A stretch of DNA of 37,351 nucleotides from Anaerolineae bacterium (GTDB lineage Bacteria; Chloroflexota; Anaerolineae; UBA7937; B3-Chlor). The notes under the pieces were generated by a model. That model was not told the DNA's origin. It searched no databases and worked only from the letters and a program-made list of their open reading frames with translations. Position numbers and translations under genes: made by a program. The stretch spans positions 1 through 37,351 of the forward strand of contig DATEXS010000123.1 of assembly GCA_035256725.1 (NCBI GenBank), in the 5' to 3' direction. Positions 8,806-16,744 of the stretch are shown piece after piece (the first letter of the stretch is position 1; each line of letters begins with the position of its first letter).

Positions 8806-10554
8806 ATGGAAGAAAAGACCTTGTTCGCCCGTAAGGCGACCGGACTGGTGCGAGAGATCGGCTTCTCGACGGCGATCATCCTGGCCGTCTGCAACGCAGT
8901 GGGCTTGGGATGGCAGAAGCGGGTCTTCCAGGCCATCGGCGCCGAGAGCGTGTACCCCCAGGAGTATGTCCTGGGCATTCACCCCATGGTCATGGCCTTT
9001 CTCCTGATCGGGATCTTGATGTTGGTCTCGATCTACGCCTTCGCTGTGTTGTCGTCAGCGATGCCCCGTTCCGGAGGAGGCTATGTCTTCATGTCGAGGA
9101 TCATCAACCCCGGCTTCGCCTTCGTGGCGACCTGCCTGGAGTTCCTCTCCGTGGCCATTTCCTACGGCCTGATCGCGGTCGCCACCTTTGAAGCCACGTT
9201 GATCTTCGGCAGCCTGGCCGGCGTCGATACCAGCGGGCTGGCGAATCCCTACTTCATGAGCATCTTCGGGATTGTGATCATCGCCTTCTTCAGCGGCATC
9301 GCCTGCCTGGGCACCCGGATGACGGGGTATGTGCTGCACGTGATGTTCTGGATCCCCGCAGGCATCCTTGCCGTGGTGTACCTGGTCTTCATCGTGGCCA
9401 ACCCTCCGGCCATGGAGGCTGGAGTGGGAGCCATTACCGCGGGACACACGGCCGCTGAGTACACGCAGGCGGCTATCGACCAAGGCCTGACGTCTGGCAT
9501 CTACTGGAGCGCCGTGTTCGCGGCCAGCTTCTACGCCTACTGGGCGTATATCGGCTACGCCGCTGCCACCTTTGTGGCTGGTGAAGTGAAGGAAGCCAGC
9601 CGCAGCTTGCCCAAGATCATCTTTATCTCGGGGATCGTGATCATGGGCATCTACATGTCCATCTCCTTCCTGTTGGCTCGGGCGGGTGGTATGGCCGGCG
9701 TGGTGGATGTAGGGGGAGGCAAGACGTGGAGCCTGATAGACGCCGTGGGTTACTTGGGGCCCGGCGCGGGCAGCTTCGAAGATGCAGGCTTGCCCACCAT
9801 TGGGGCCTGGATGCCGTACTTCGCCGGCATCTCGGCCTACGGCGTCTTTGGTGCCGGTATGGGCAAGCTCTTCGGCATCTTGATGTTTGTGATGGGCACC
9901 ATGTGGGTTGCCAACGACATCCCGCCGTTCATCCTGACTTGCTCCCGCATGCTCTTCGCTATGGGCTTCGACCGCATTCTGCCGGAGTGGGTCGCCGATA
10001 TCAATGAGAAGCGGGCCTCACCGGTGAACGCCATCATCGTCACTTCGGTGGCGGCGTTGGTCGGCGTGGTAGCGGAGGCGGAGTTGTTCGGGGATGCTGG
10101 CCTGGCCTTCCTGAAGCCCATTCTGCACAGCCCCTTTGGGCAAGGGTGGATCAGCTCGTCCGGCGCCATCGTGGCCACCGACCTGTGGGATGCCCTGTTC
10201 TTCGGCGGCATGGGTCTGGCCTGCGCCTGGTTCCCGTCGAAACTTCCAGAGGTCTTCGAGCGGGCTCCATGGCGGCAGAGCAGGGGCCTGGTTGTAGGCA
10301 TGGGATATGCGGCCTTTGCCACTAACGTCTTGCTGTCGTTGTTGATCCTGTGCCACGGTGCCGGCTATGGCTGGGGCCCCTCGTTCTCTCTCGGTCCTTT
10401 GGGGCACTTCGGGGGCAACTGGCTCAGCCTGAACTTCTGGTTCACGGTCGTGCTGATCGTTGTCTCCGCGCTCGTGTACTACTGGGGTCGCAGCCGGGCA
10501 AAGCGCGTGGGCGCGGACTTGACCACCATTTTCGCCCAGATTCCACCGGAATAG
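8806..10554 (+). CDS. APC superfamily amino acid/polyamine permease
   Basis: 582-aa polytopic membrane protein with APC-like N-terminal and mid-protein motifs (AMPRSGGGYVF, GYAAATFVAGEVKEASRSLPK). AGGAGG lies 8 nt upstream of the ATG. Confidence 0.85.
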   Translation: MEEKTLFARKATGLVREIGFSTAIILAVCNAVGLGWQKRVFQAIGAESVYPQEYVLGIHPMVMAFLLIGILMLVSIYAFAVLSSAMPRSGGGYVFMSRIINPGFAFVATCLEFLSVAISYGLIAVATFEATLIFGSLAGVDTSGLANPYFMSIFGIVIIAFFSGIACLGTRMTGYVLHVMFWIPAGILAVVYLVFIVANPPAMEAGVGAITAGHTAAEYTQAAIDQGLTSGIYWSAVFAASFYAYWAYIGYAAATFVAGEVKEASRSLPKIIFISGIVIMGIYMSISFLLARAGGMAGVVDVGGGKTWSLIDAVGYLGPGAGSFEDAGLPTIGAWMPYFAGISAYGVFGAGMGKLFGILMFVMGTMWVANDIPPFILTCSRMLFAMGFDRILPEWVADINEKRASPVNAIIVTSVAALVGVVAEAELFGDAGLAFLKPILHSPFGQGWISSSGAIVATDLWDALFFGGMGLACAWFPSKLPEVFERAPWRQSRGLVVGMGYAAFATNVLLSLLILCHGAGYGWGPSFSLGPLGHFGGNWLSLNFWFTVVLIVVSALVYYWGRSRAKRVGADLTTIFAQIPPE

Positions 10555-10581
10555 AGTCCTGGTCGTTCGCGGCGTAGCTTG

Positions 10582-10626
10582 AGGCTCTCCGTCGGGCCAT
10601 GTGGGCTCGCGGAGAGCCTTTTTCTT
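10582..10626 (+). terminator. intrinsic terminator of the permease gene
   Basis: 10-bp perfect stem AGGCTCTCCG/CGGAGAGCCT followed by TTTTTCTT. Confidence 0.8.
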
Positions 10627-10699
10627 AGGCTGCGGGGCAGCGCCCCCTTTCGGGCTCGCTCGTCTGGGTAGCCATTCATGGCTGCGGCGAATCTGGCGG

Positions 10700-10870
10700 G
10701 ATGGGCCAGGTGGCGGCACAAGAGCTGTGCATCTGAAGGGGGAAGAGTTCGCGTTGGTCTGGCTGTTCATCCCCCACGGCGGGTACTTCCCCAGGAAGGC
10801 GAGGTCGATGGCGGAAGACCACGCTGGCGGAGCGGCCGGTGCGGTCCTTGTCGATTTGACCTCCCCTTGA
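10700..10870 (+). pseudogene. 3' fragment of a paralogue of the 11120-11596 gene
   Basis: GTRAVHLKGEEFALVWLFIPHGGYFPRKARSMAEDHAGGAAGAVLVDLTSP aligns ungapped with TTISRFLKEEEYAWAWLVIPHEGSFSSKARLMVERNDSREIGIALVDLSSQ, with 24 of 51 positions identical by hand. The N-terminal two thirds are missing, and the upstream frame runs into the permease terminator. Confidence 0.45.
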
Positions 10871-11040
10871 ACAACCACAGCCTCTGCATACTGAAGATGG
10901 AAGATGACCAGGCTGGGCTAGCTCCTCAAGTGCACACCAGTGCAGCTTTGTGCAGCCCATGGACTAAGCTAGGTCTTTCGTCGGGCTCTTCATAGTCACC
11001 TTTCGTGGCTGGCTCGGTGATGACGGGCAGGCCAGTCAGT

Positions 11041-11069
11041 TTGCTTCCGCACCCACCTTGTGCTACAGT
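11041..11069 (+). promoter_or_regulatory. sigma70-type promoter for the 11120-12844 operon
   Basis: TTGCTT, a 17-nt spacer, then TACAGT with TGc extended -10. This places the TSS after the listed 11060 start. Confidence 0.45.
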
Positions 11070-11119
11070 TGCCGCATTATCTCTGCCCACGCCAGATCCG
11101 AGTATGCGAGAGCTGGGGA

Positions 11120-11596
11120 ATGAAGGTCAACGAATACCTGGTTAAACTGGAAGATAGCCTCATGGTCGGAAGCGGTAGGTGGCTGGCCGACTTCAACGAA
11201 TCCTTCTGGGAATATCAACTGGGGGACTTCGTCTTCGACATGTTTGTCACAGCGAAGGTGAGACCCAAGGGCTTCTTCCTTTCCAGGGTAGCGTCGTGGC
11301 TGCTGATGCCTAACTACTACGTCGTTTGCCTGGCCTATTCCAAAGACCACGAGGTGAGACAGTTGCATGACTTGTTGACCACAATCTCCAGGTTCCTGAA
11401 AGAGGAGGAGTACGCCTGGGCTTGGTTGGTTATCCCCCACGAGGGCTCTTTCTCCAGCAAGGCCAGGTTGATGGTGGAGAGGAACGATAGTCGAGAGATT
11501 GGCATAGCCCTGGTTGATCTCAGTTCCCAGGAGATAGTCCACGCCTCGTCATACTGGGGCCAGAGGATGCCCAGGTTCATCAGGTGCTTCAAGTGA
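11120..11596 (+). CDS. hypothetical soluble protein (158 aa)
   Basis: First in-frame ATG after the predicted TSS. No family recognised. Its C-terminal 50 aa are duplicated in the 10700-10870 fragment. Confidence 0.55.
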   Translation: MKVNEYLVKLEDSLMVGSGRWLADFNESFWEYQLGDFVFDMFVTAKVRPKGFFLSRVASWLLMPNYYVVCLAYSKDHEVRQLHDLLTTISRFLKEEEYAWAWLVIPHEGSFSSKARLMVERNDSREIGIALVDLSSQEIVHASSYWGQRMPRFIRCFK

Positions 11597-11619
11597 GAAC
11601 GGTCGCACCGCTGCAGGTA

Positions 11620-12051
11620 ATGAACCTCACCATGTCTTTGATCGCCTTTTTTCTCCTTACTTCATTCGCCTGGTTCGCGGCCGGTTTTGTTGTTTTCAGG
11701 GAGATCGTGATCTCGCGGCCGGTTTTCGGCATCAACATAGCCCTGACTGGCCTGCTGGGATGGTGGTGGTACAGGGCTCAATATCACGCCGTCTTTTCCT
11801 GGGATCAGCAGGGTTTCGAGTTGACTAAGGGTAGGGGGCGCAAGAGCATAAGGAAGTGGCAGGATTTCTCACAAGTATCCCTGGTTCATGAGGGATATGG
11901 CAGGTTCCTGGTGAGGCTCTACGGGGACGGTGGGGAGTACTTGGATATCCCGGCTTCGGCCTTGAAGTTGCCCCCCTCCGACTTCCGTTTCGAGGTGCTG
12001 GACTTGGTGAAGAGGGAGCAGCCGGCGGACGGGGTGGACGAACCCGCATAA
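11620..12051 (+). CDS. small membrane protein: two N-terminal TM helices plus a beta-rich C-terminal domain (bacterial PH-like?)
   Basis: Hydrophobic segments LIAFFLLTSFAWFAAGFVVF and FGINIALTGLLGWWWY are followed by about 85 residues with alternating-pattern strands. The start is uncertain (GTG 11584, ATG 11620 or 11632). Confidence 0.5.
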   Translation: MNLTMSLIAFFLLTSFAWFAAGFVVFREIVISRPVFGINIALTGLLGWWWYRAQYHAVFSWDQQGFELTKGRGRKSIRKWQDFSQVSLVHEGYGRFLVRLYGDGGEYLDIPASALKLPPSDFRFEVLDLVKREQPADGVDEPA

Positions 12052-12064
12052 GGAGGAGGAAAAG

Positions 12065-12844
12065 GTGGCCACAACAGACGAGATCTCAACACGAGCGGTG
12101 ACCATGGAAGAAGAAGTGCGGCGCGTAATCGATGCTGGACGGGACAGGGGCATACATCTGAGGGTGATCGGAGGCACGGCAGTGAAGTTACACTGTCCCA
12201 GTGCCGCACATCGCTCCATGGCTCGGATCTATGGTGACATTGACATGGTGGGCTACCGCAAGCAGCGGCTCGAGGTGGCCCGCCTGATCGAAGATCTGGG
12301 GTACCAGCCCAACCGGCGCTTCAATGCGCTGCAGGGACACCGTCGCTTGCTCTTCGACAACGCCACGCTGGGCTACGATCTTGATGTCTTCCTCGATGTC
12401 TTCGTCATGTGCCACCAGTTGAGCCTGGTCGGCCGACTGGAGCTGGACGATTATTCGGTGCCCATTGAGGAGTTGCTGCTGTCCAAGCTGCAGGTGGTCT
12501 TGCTCAATGAAAAAGATGTCAAAGACGGTTACGCGCTGCTCTTCGATCACGACATCGCGGAGGGTGAAGACCGAGAGACCATAGACCCGAGGTTCATCGC
12601 CAAGCTGTGCGGCGATGACTGGGGGTGGTACAAAACCCTGACCTTGAACATCGACAAACTCTTGGCCCTGGCTGACGACTACCTGGAAGAAAAGGAGAAG
12701 GGAGTTTGCGTGGAGCGACTCCACCGGCTGCGGCAGGTGATCGAGGAAGCCCCGAAATCGATGAAGTGGAAGTTGAGGGCCAAGGTCGGCGAAAAGAAGC
12801 GCTGGTATGAGTTGCCCGAAGACGTGGTGACTCACCAGTACTAG
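12065..12844 (+). CDS. uncharacterised nucleotidyltransferase-fold protein (paralogue 1)
   Basis: The GTG start is preceded by AAGGAGGAGGA. LRVIGGTAVKLHC...YGDIDMVGY and a later DLDVFLD fit the Pol-beta-type hG[GS]...DxD plus third-carboxylate pattern. It is clearly homologous to the 14854-15750 product. Confidence 0.65.
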   Translation: MATTDEISTRAVTMEEEVRRVIDAGRDRGIHLRVIGGTAVKLHCPSAAHRSMARIYGDIDMVGYRKQRLEVARLIEDLGYQPNRRFNALQGHRRLLFDNATLGYDLDVFLDVFVMCHQLSLVGRLELDDYSVPIEELLLSKLQVVLLNEKDVKDGYALLFDHDIAEGEDRETIDPRFIAKLCGDDWGWYKTLTLNIDKLLALADDYLEEKEKGVCVERLHRLRQVIEEAPKSMKWKLRAKVGEKKRWYELPEDVVTHQY

Positions 12845-12890
12845 GGTCTGATGCCCGGGGTGGCAGTGTAAGAAGTGCTCTGGATTAAGG

Positions 12891-12920
12891 CAGCACCCCG
12901 CCCCCAAGGGCGGGGTGCTG
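12891..12920. terminator. GC-rich hairpin between convergent genes (possible bidirectional terminator)
   Basis: 13-bp perfect stem CAGCACCCCGCCC/GGGCGGGGTGCTG with loop CCAA. There is no clear U-tract on either side. Confidence 0.55.
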
Positions 12921-12951
12921 GAGTTGTCGGCAGGCGTTTGGGGGTTTGCAG

Positions 12952-13905
12952 TTAGGCATCAACTCTACGCAGCTGCGTCAGTTTGGGACCGTCGATCTCC
13001 ACCAGGAAACCTTTCAAGATCCCCTCGCCATACTCGCTGCCTGGATTGAGGCACTCTGTGCGGCCGATTTTCACCCGCCCCGGACTCTCATGGATGTGGC
13101 CGTGCAAGCCCATCATCGGCTGGTATTTCTCTATGATTTTGCGAACGGCTGTGGAGCCTACGGCCACGGATTGGGTATGGCCGCCTGCGGTTACCAGACT
13201 CAGGTCTTCATGAAGCAGCGGTGCCTCGTCAATGAAGCTTTTATAGGGTGGCGCATGGATGCAGAACGCGGCGGTTTCTAAGTTCTTAACTTGAGCAACC
13301 ACCCGTTCCAGTTTCTGCTCCATCTCCTCCTCGCAACACTCCCGAGGGGAGTCGAACGGAGTGGGATTTGACCAACCGAAGCACAGAACCTCATGTTCAT
13401 CATCCAGCTGCACAACCTCTTCCTCCCCAAAGAGTACCTGAGGATTAGGGTCGGCCCTGATGACTTGATCAATAGAGAACTTGTCATCGTTGCCTGGGCT
13501 GATGATCACCTTGCAAGTGGGGGGGACGCGGTCCGGGATGAGGGTCAGCCAATACCTGATGACCTCACATTCCATCCTCTCGAAGACGTCTTCCTTGTAT
13601 TGCATATCTGTGAAGAGCCGCTCCACTTCTTCAGGGGTGGTGCGGTAGGGGATGTAGCAGATCATGCGGCATTTCTTCTCGAACTCGGGGACTTCTTCCT
13701 CGGTCAGCACCTCGGGTTGGCCGTAGAAGGTGGCGTCATACCTACCATCAGGCCGCTTGACGATGGGGACCAGCAGCTTTCCGGTCATGTCACCGCTGAT
13801 GACCAAGGCGTCAAGATCGAAGTACTTCGCGGAGTTGAGGAACTTGCGCCAGACCGTCTCTGAGCCGTGAAAATCGGTGGAAAAGAGAAACTTGGTCTTG
13901 GCCAT
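12952..13905 (-). CDS. calcineurin-like metallophosphoesterase
   Basis: Motifs in the canonical order: FSTDFHG, ISGDMTG, SPGNDD, IHAPP, GLHGHIHES. Confidence 0.85.
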   Translation of the reverse strand: MAKTKFLFSTDFHGSETVWRKFLNSAKYFDLDALVISGDMTGKLLVPIVKRPDGRYDATFYGQPEVLTEEEVPEFEKKCRMICYIPYRTTPEEVERLFTDMQYKEDVFERMECEVIRYWLTLIPDRVPPTCKVIISPGNDDKFSIDQVIRADPNPQVLFGEEEVVQLDDEHEVLCFGWSNPTPFDSPRECCEEEMEQKLERVVAQVKNLETAAFCIHAPPYKSFIDEAPLLHEDLSLVTAGGHTQSVAVGSTAVRKIIEKYQPMMGLHGHIHESPGRVKIGRTECLNPGSEYGEGILKGFLVEIDGPKLTQLRRVDA

Positions 13906-13979
13906 TGACTTGTCGTCCTTTCCGTTGTCATGAGTGCCGGCATGACGCGTGGCGACGCCGGCCGGGGCTGCCTACGGGA

Positions 13980-14007
13980 TTGACTACAGTAAGAACTATT
14001 ATACCAT
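13980..14007 (+). promoter_or_regulatory. possible promoter for the USP gene
   Basis: TTGACT, a 16-nt spacer, then TACCAT. The -10 is weak and overlaps the -10 of the opposing phosphoesterase promoter. Confidence 0.3.
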
Positions 14008-14026
14008 GATGGATACAGATTGCCAA
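13998..14026 (-). promoter_or_regulatory. sigma70-type promoter for the metallophosphoesterase
   Basis: The minus strand reads TTGGCA, a 17-nt spacer, then TATAAT, with TGG extended -10. Confidence 0.55.
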
Positions 14027-14068
14027 ACAGCAGACCTACACATGGTGAGACAAGCCGGAGGTGTTGAG

Positions 14069-14500
14069 ATGTATGATCGCATACTGGTCCCCCTGGATGG
14101 ATCTGACCTGGCCAGGGCCATCATCCCACGGGTGCAAACCATGGCCAGCGCCCATGGGTCCGAGGTGATCTTGCTCGAGGTTTTGCCCCAGTCGGGGGTG
14201 TTGCCCAAGACAGCGGCCAAGGAGAGACGGGAGGCGGAGGAGCACCTGATGGCTGTGGAGCAGGAACTCCTCGATGCCGGGGTGAATGCCCGTCACACGA
14301 TCAGGCACGGCTCGGATCCGGCCGCAGAGATCGTGGACTACGCCGAAGTCAACGATGTTGATCTGATCGCTATGTCCACCCACGGGCGCAGCGGCGTCAG
14401 CCGTTGGGTGTTCGGCAGTGTGGCGTCCAAGGTGCTGAGGGGCACCAGCAAGCCGATTCTCCTGGTCCGGGCACCCGGGGCCACCGTAACACAGGGCTAG
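14069..14500 (+). CDS. universal stress protein (single USP domain)
   Basis: MYDRILVPLDGS start with GGAGGTG upstream. C-terminal DLIAMSTHGRSGVSRWVFGSVASKVLRGTSKPILLV is the USP ATP-binding-type motif. The listed 13949 start is an upstream extension. Confidence 0.85.
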   Translation: MYDRILVPLDGSDLARAIIPRVQTMASAHGSEVILLEVLPQSGVLPKTAAKERREAEEHLMAVEQELLDAGVNARHTIRHGSDPAAEIVDYAEVNDVDLIAMSTHGRSGVSRWVFGSVASKVLRGTSKPILLVRAPGATVTQG

Positions 14501-14853
14501 GCCCTGACCCCTCGCCACAGCCTTGAGATCTGCCCTAGCCGAAGATGCCTATGACGAACCAGGGCAGGTACAGGCCCGGCGCCCTGTGTAGCCAAGTAGA
14601 GACTGGTAGACACGGCAGTTCGCCCGGAGCAGGCCTGGCTTGGGCCAGCGGAGAAAAGCGCGGAGTCGTGAGCGTTGTCATGGCGTCGTCGCCAGGCACG
14701 GGGCCAAGTGCCTTCCCAGAGGCCGTCGGATTGCACCTAGCTCGCTGCCCATGGGGGGCAGCAGGGGTCGAAGTATCAGCAACGAAGTGCGGGCGGTCCC
14801 TCCGCGACAAGTTCTCCAAAGGGACGCGTCCACGGGTCAACGAGTAGGAGGCC

Positions 14854-15750
14854 CTATTTGCCTCTCTCTTCGGGCATCATGCGCCAGATACCGAAGTCAC
14901 CCACGGTGTCTTCAGTCTCAACAGGCTCGTACCACCTCTTTCTAGGTCCTATCTTGGAGCGCGCCTTCCAGCCCGTGCTCTTGGGCTCCGCCTCGATGCG
15001 GGAGAGCAGCGCGTCGATCCTCTCCTGTACAACTTGAGCCTCTTCTGCCGACAAGGCCTCCATTCGTGGAAGGAGATCCCGGATCCCCTTAAGGTTGGTG
15101 GTTAGGGTATACCAGAAACCCCAGTCTTTGGCCAGCAGGTCCGCGATATATGCGCAGTTGATCGCGTCCTCCTTATCCTGCTCGGCCAGTTCGTGGGCAT
15201 AGAGCAGCAATAGGCTGTCTTTGAAGTCCTTCTCGCTGAAGTGCACGATTTGCAGCTTTTCCAGGAGAAGATCGGTGGGGTCTAACGTGAGGGGGTCGAG
15301 CTCCAATCGCCCGCGGAAATCCAGGCGATGATTGGCCACCCGAAGCTGGTCGAAGAATACGTCCACGAAGAACCACCCGTGCTCGTGGAAGTAGATCTGC
15401 CTCTCGCTGGCTGCGGAAGAGAGGGTTGCCCGTCTTTTCTGATACCCCATGGTCGCAAACAAGTCAGGCATGCGCTTGCGGAACTCCTTGTAGCTGACGA
15501 AATCCAGGTCGGTGAACTCCGCATCACCCGTGCCAAGCCTGACCAGCCTGAGGCCCAACTCTTCGCACTCCAGAGTATGGAGCCTTATGCCAACCCCGCC
15601 CATGACTCGCAGGAGAAGTCCCTCTTCCGCGCCTCTCTCCACGATTGTGCGTGCCTCTGTGAGGAATACCTCTGAGGGCACCACGCCGCCCCACTCCTGG
15701 GGCATGCGTATCTCCCTGGCGTCCTCCTCTATCCGTTGTAGCCATACCAT
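14854..15750 (-). CDS. uncharacterised nucleotidyltransferase-fold protein (paralogue 2)
   Basis: Blocks are shared with the 12065-12844 product: LRVMGGVGIRLHT / LRVIGGTAVKLHC; DLDFVSY / DIDMVGY; GRLELDPLTLDPTDLLLEKLQIV / GRLELDDYSVPIEELLLSKLQVV; KDWGFWYTLT / DDWGWYKTLT; KRWYEP / KRWYEL. Confidence 0.65.
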   Translation of the reverse strand: MVWLQRIEEDAREIRMPQEWGGVVPSEVFLTEARTIVERGAEEGLLLRVMGGVGIRLHTLECEELGLRLVRLGTGDAEFTDLDFVSYKEFRKRMPDLFATMGYQKRRATLSSAASERQIYFHEHGWFFVDVFFDQLRVANHRLDFRGRLELDPLTLDPTDLLLEKLQIVHFSEKDFKDSLLLLYAHELAEQDKEDAINCAYIADLLAKDWGFWYTLTTNLKGIRDLLPRMEALSAEEAQVVQERIDALLSRIEAEPKSTGWKARSKIGPRKRWYEPVETEDTVGDFGIWRMMPEERGK

Positions 15751-15787
15751 CGCTCAGTCCCCCTCCTCCCGCGTGACCACGTACGGC

Positions 15788-16639
15788 CTACAGGATATAG
15801 ACCAGTCCCAGCCCCAGAATAGACACAACAATGAACTCGACAATGACAGTTGGCGCCAGGCGGCCGCGCAGGTGCTGCCTGGCCAGTCCGCTCATCACAT
15901 AGAAGACCAGCAGGAAAAACACCCCACTTCCCACCTCGCCCAGGCTCAAATGATTGAGGGCCCAGGCCACCTCTCCCAGCACAAGCCCGACGATCACAGA
16001 GTAGAGCCAGGTGCGTTTCACCGCGGAAGCAGGTGTGCGGGGGCGCAATAGTTCGGCAGCCAATCCCGACCCTAGCAGGAAGACCGCCGTCGCCGACAAG
16101 AGGCTGCGCGCGCGTGCTTCGTAGATTAGGGTACAGAAGACGAACACACTTGCGTAGACAGCCAAGCTTAGACCCCACCCAGCCATGTCATCCCCAGGTC
16201 CCTCAGGGTCGACAGTGCGATACTGGGCGATCACTGTCAACGAGAGGAGCAGTCCTGTCATAGCCAGGCCACCCAACCAGAATGATAGACTAGGCGACGA
16301 CGGCAGGGCGATGAAGGCAAAGAGGACAAGGGCGCAGGGCAAGGCCCAGAGGGTAAGGCCGTATGCCCAGCCGGCATCGCGTGCCAGAGGGTGCGACCGC
16401 ACAATGGAATCCGCGCCCGCACCCGTCATCGCGACCAGGAGTGCGCCGACGAACCACCGGCCGGAGAGATAGATGGTAGTGGGCACTCCCAGGGCCACGA
16501 AAGAGACGGTCCTTGTCGGCAACTCGACCACATGGGAGACCATCAGCCCGAAGAGAACCAGACTGACCAGAATGCTTAGCCTGTCGTAGCGAGGCATCAA
16601 TGCGGTACCTTGCGCATGGCCGATGGGTGGAAGCAACAA
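15788..16639 (-). CDS. polytopic integral membrane protein, family not recognised
   Basis: About 8 hydrophobic segments. It lies 38 nt upstream of paralogue 2 on the same strand. The start could be TTG 16639 or the internal MPRYDRL ATG about 42 nt downstream. Confidence 0.6.
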   Translation of the reverse strand: MLLPPIGHAQGTALMPRYDRLSILVSLVLFGLMVSHVVELPTRTVSFVALGVPTTIYLSGRWFVGALLVAMTGAGADSIVRSHPLARDAGWAYGLTLWALPCALVLFAFIALPSSPSLSFWLGGLAMTGLLLSLTVIAQYRTVDPEGPGDDMAGWGLSLAVYASVFVFCTLIYEARARSLLSATAVFLLGSGLAAELLRPRTPASAVKRTWLYSVIVGLVLGEVAWALNHLSLGEVGSGVFFLLVFYVMSGLARQHLRGRLAPTVIVEFIVVSILGLGLVYIL

Positions 16640-16669
16640 CCGGTCTTGTGACCCAGGGCGCTACTCGCC

Positions 16670-16698
16670 ATTCTACCGTCGCCCTTTGGCTTTGTCAA
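16670..16698 (-). promoter_or_regulatory. sigma70-type promoter for the membrane protein / NTase paralogue 2 operon
   Basis: The minus strand reads TTGACA, a 17-nt spacer, then TAGAAT. Confidence 0.55.
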
Positions 16699-16714
16699 AT
16701 CTGTGTGGTACAAT
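16686..16714 (+). promoter_or_regulatory. sigma70-type promoter for the prepilin peptidase gene
   Basis: TTGGCT, a 17-nt spacer, then TACAAT with TGG extended -10. It overlaps the opposing promoter back to back. Confidence 0.5.
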
Positions 16715-16744
16715 CCACGCCAGGTCGAACGCAGGGGGTATGCT

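Noticed and set aside
8191-8982. 263-aa minus-strand ORF spanning the permease promoter, leader and start
   Set aside because: It overlaps a strongly supported gene start and promoter. Its composition is Arg/Pro/Ser-rich and non-protein-like.
10018-10878. 286-aa minus-strand ORF
   Set aside because: It is antisense to the permease 3' end and crosses the intrinsic terminator. Shadow ORF.
12188-12907. 239-aa minus-strand ORF
   Set aside because: It is antisense to NTase paralogue 1 and runs through the terminator hairpin. No motif recognised.
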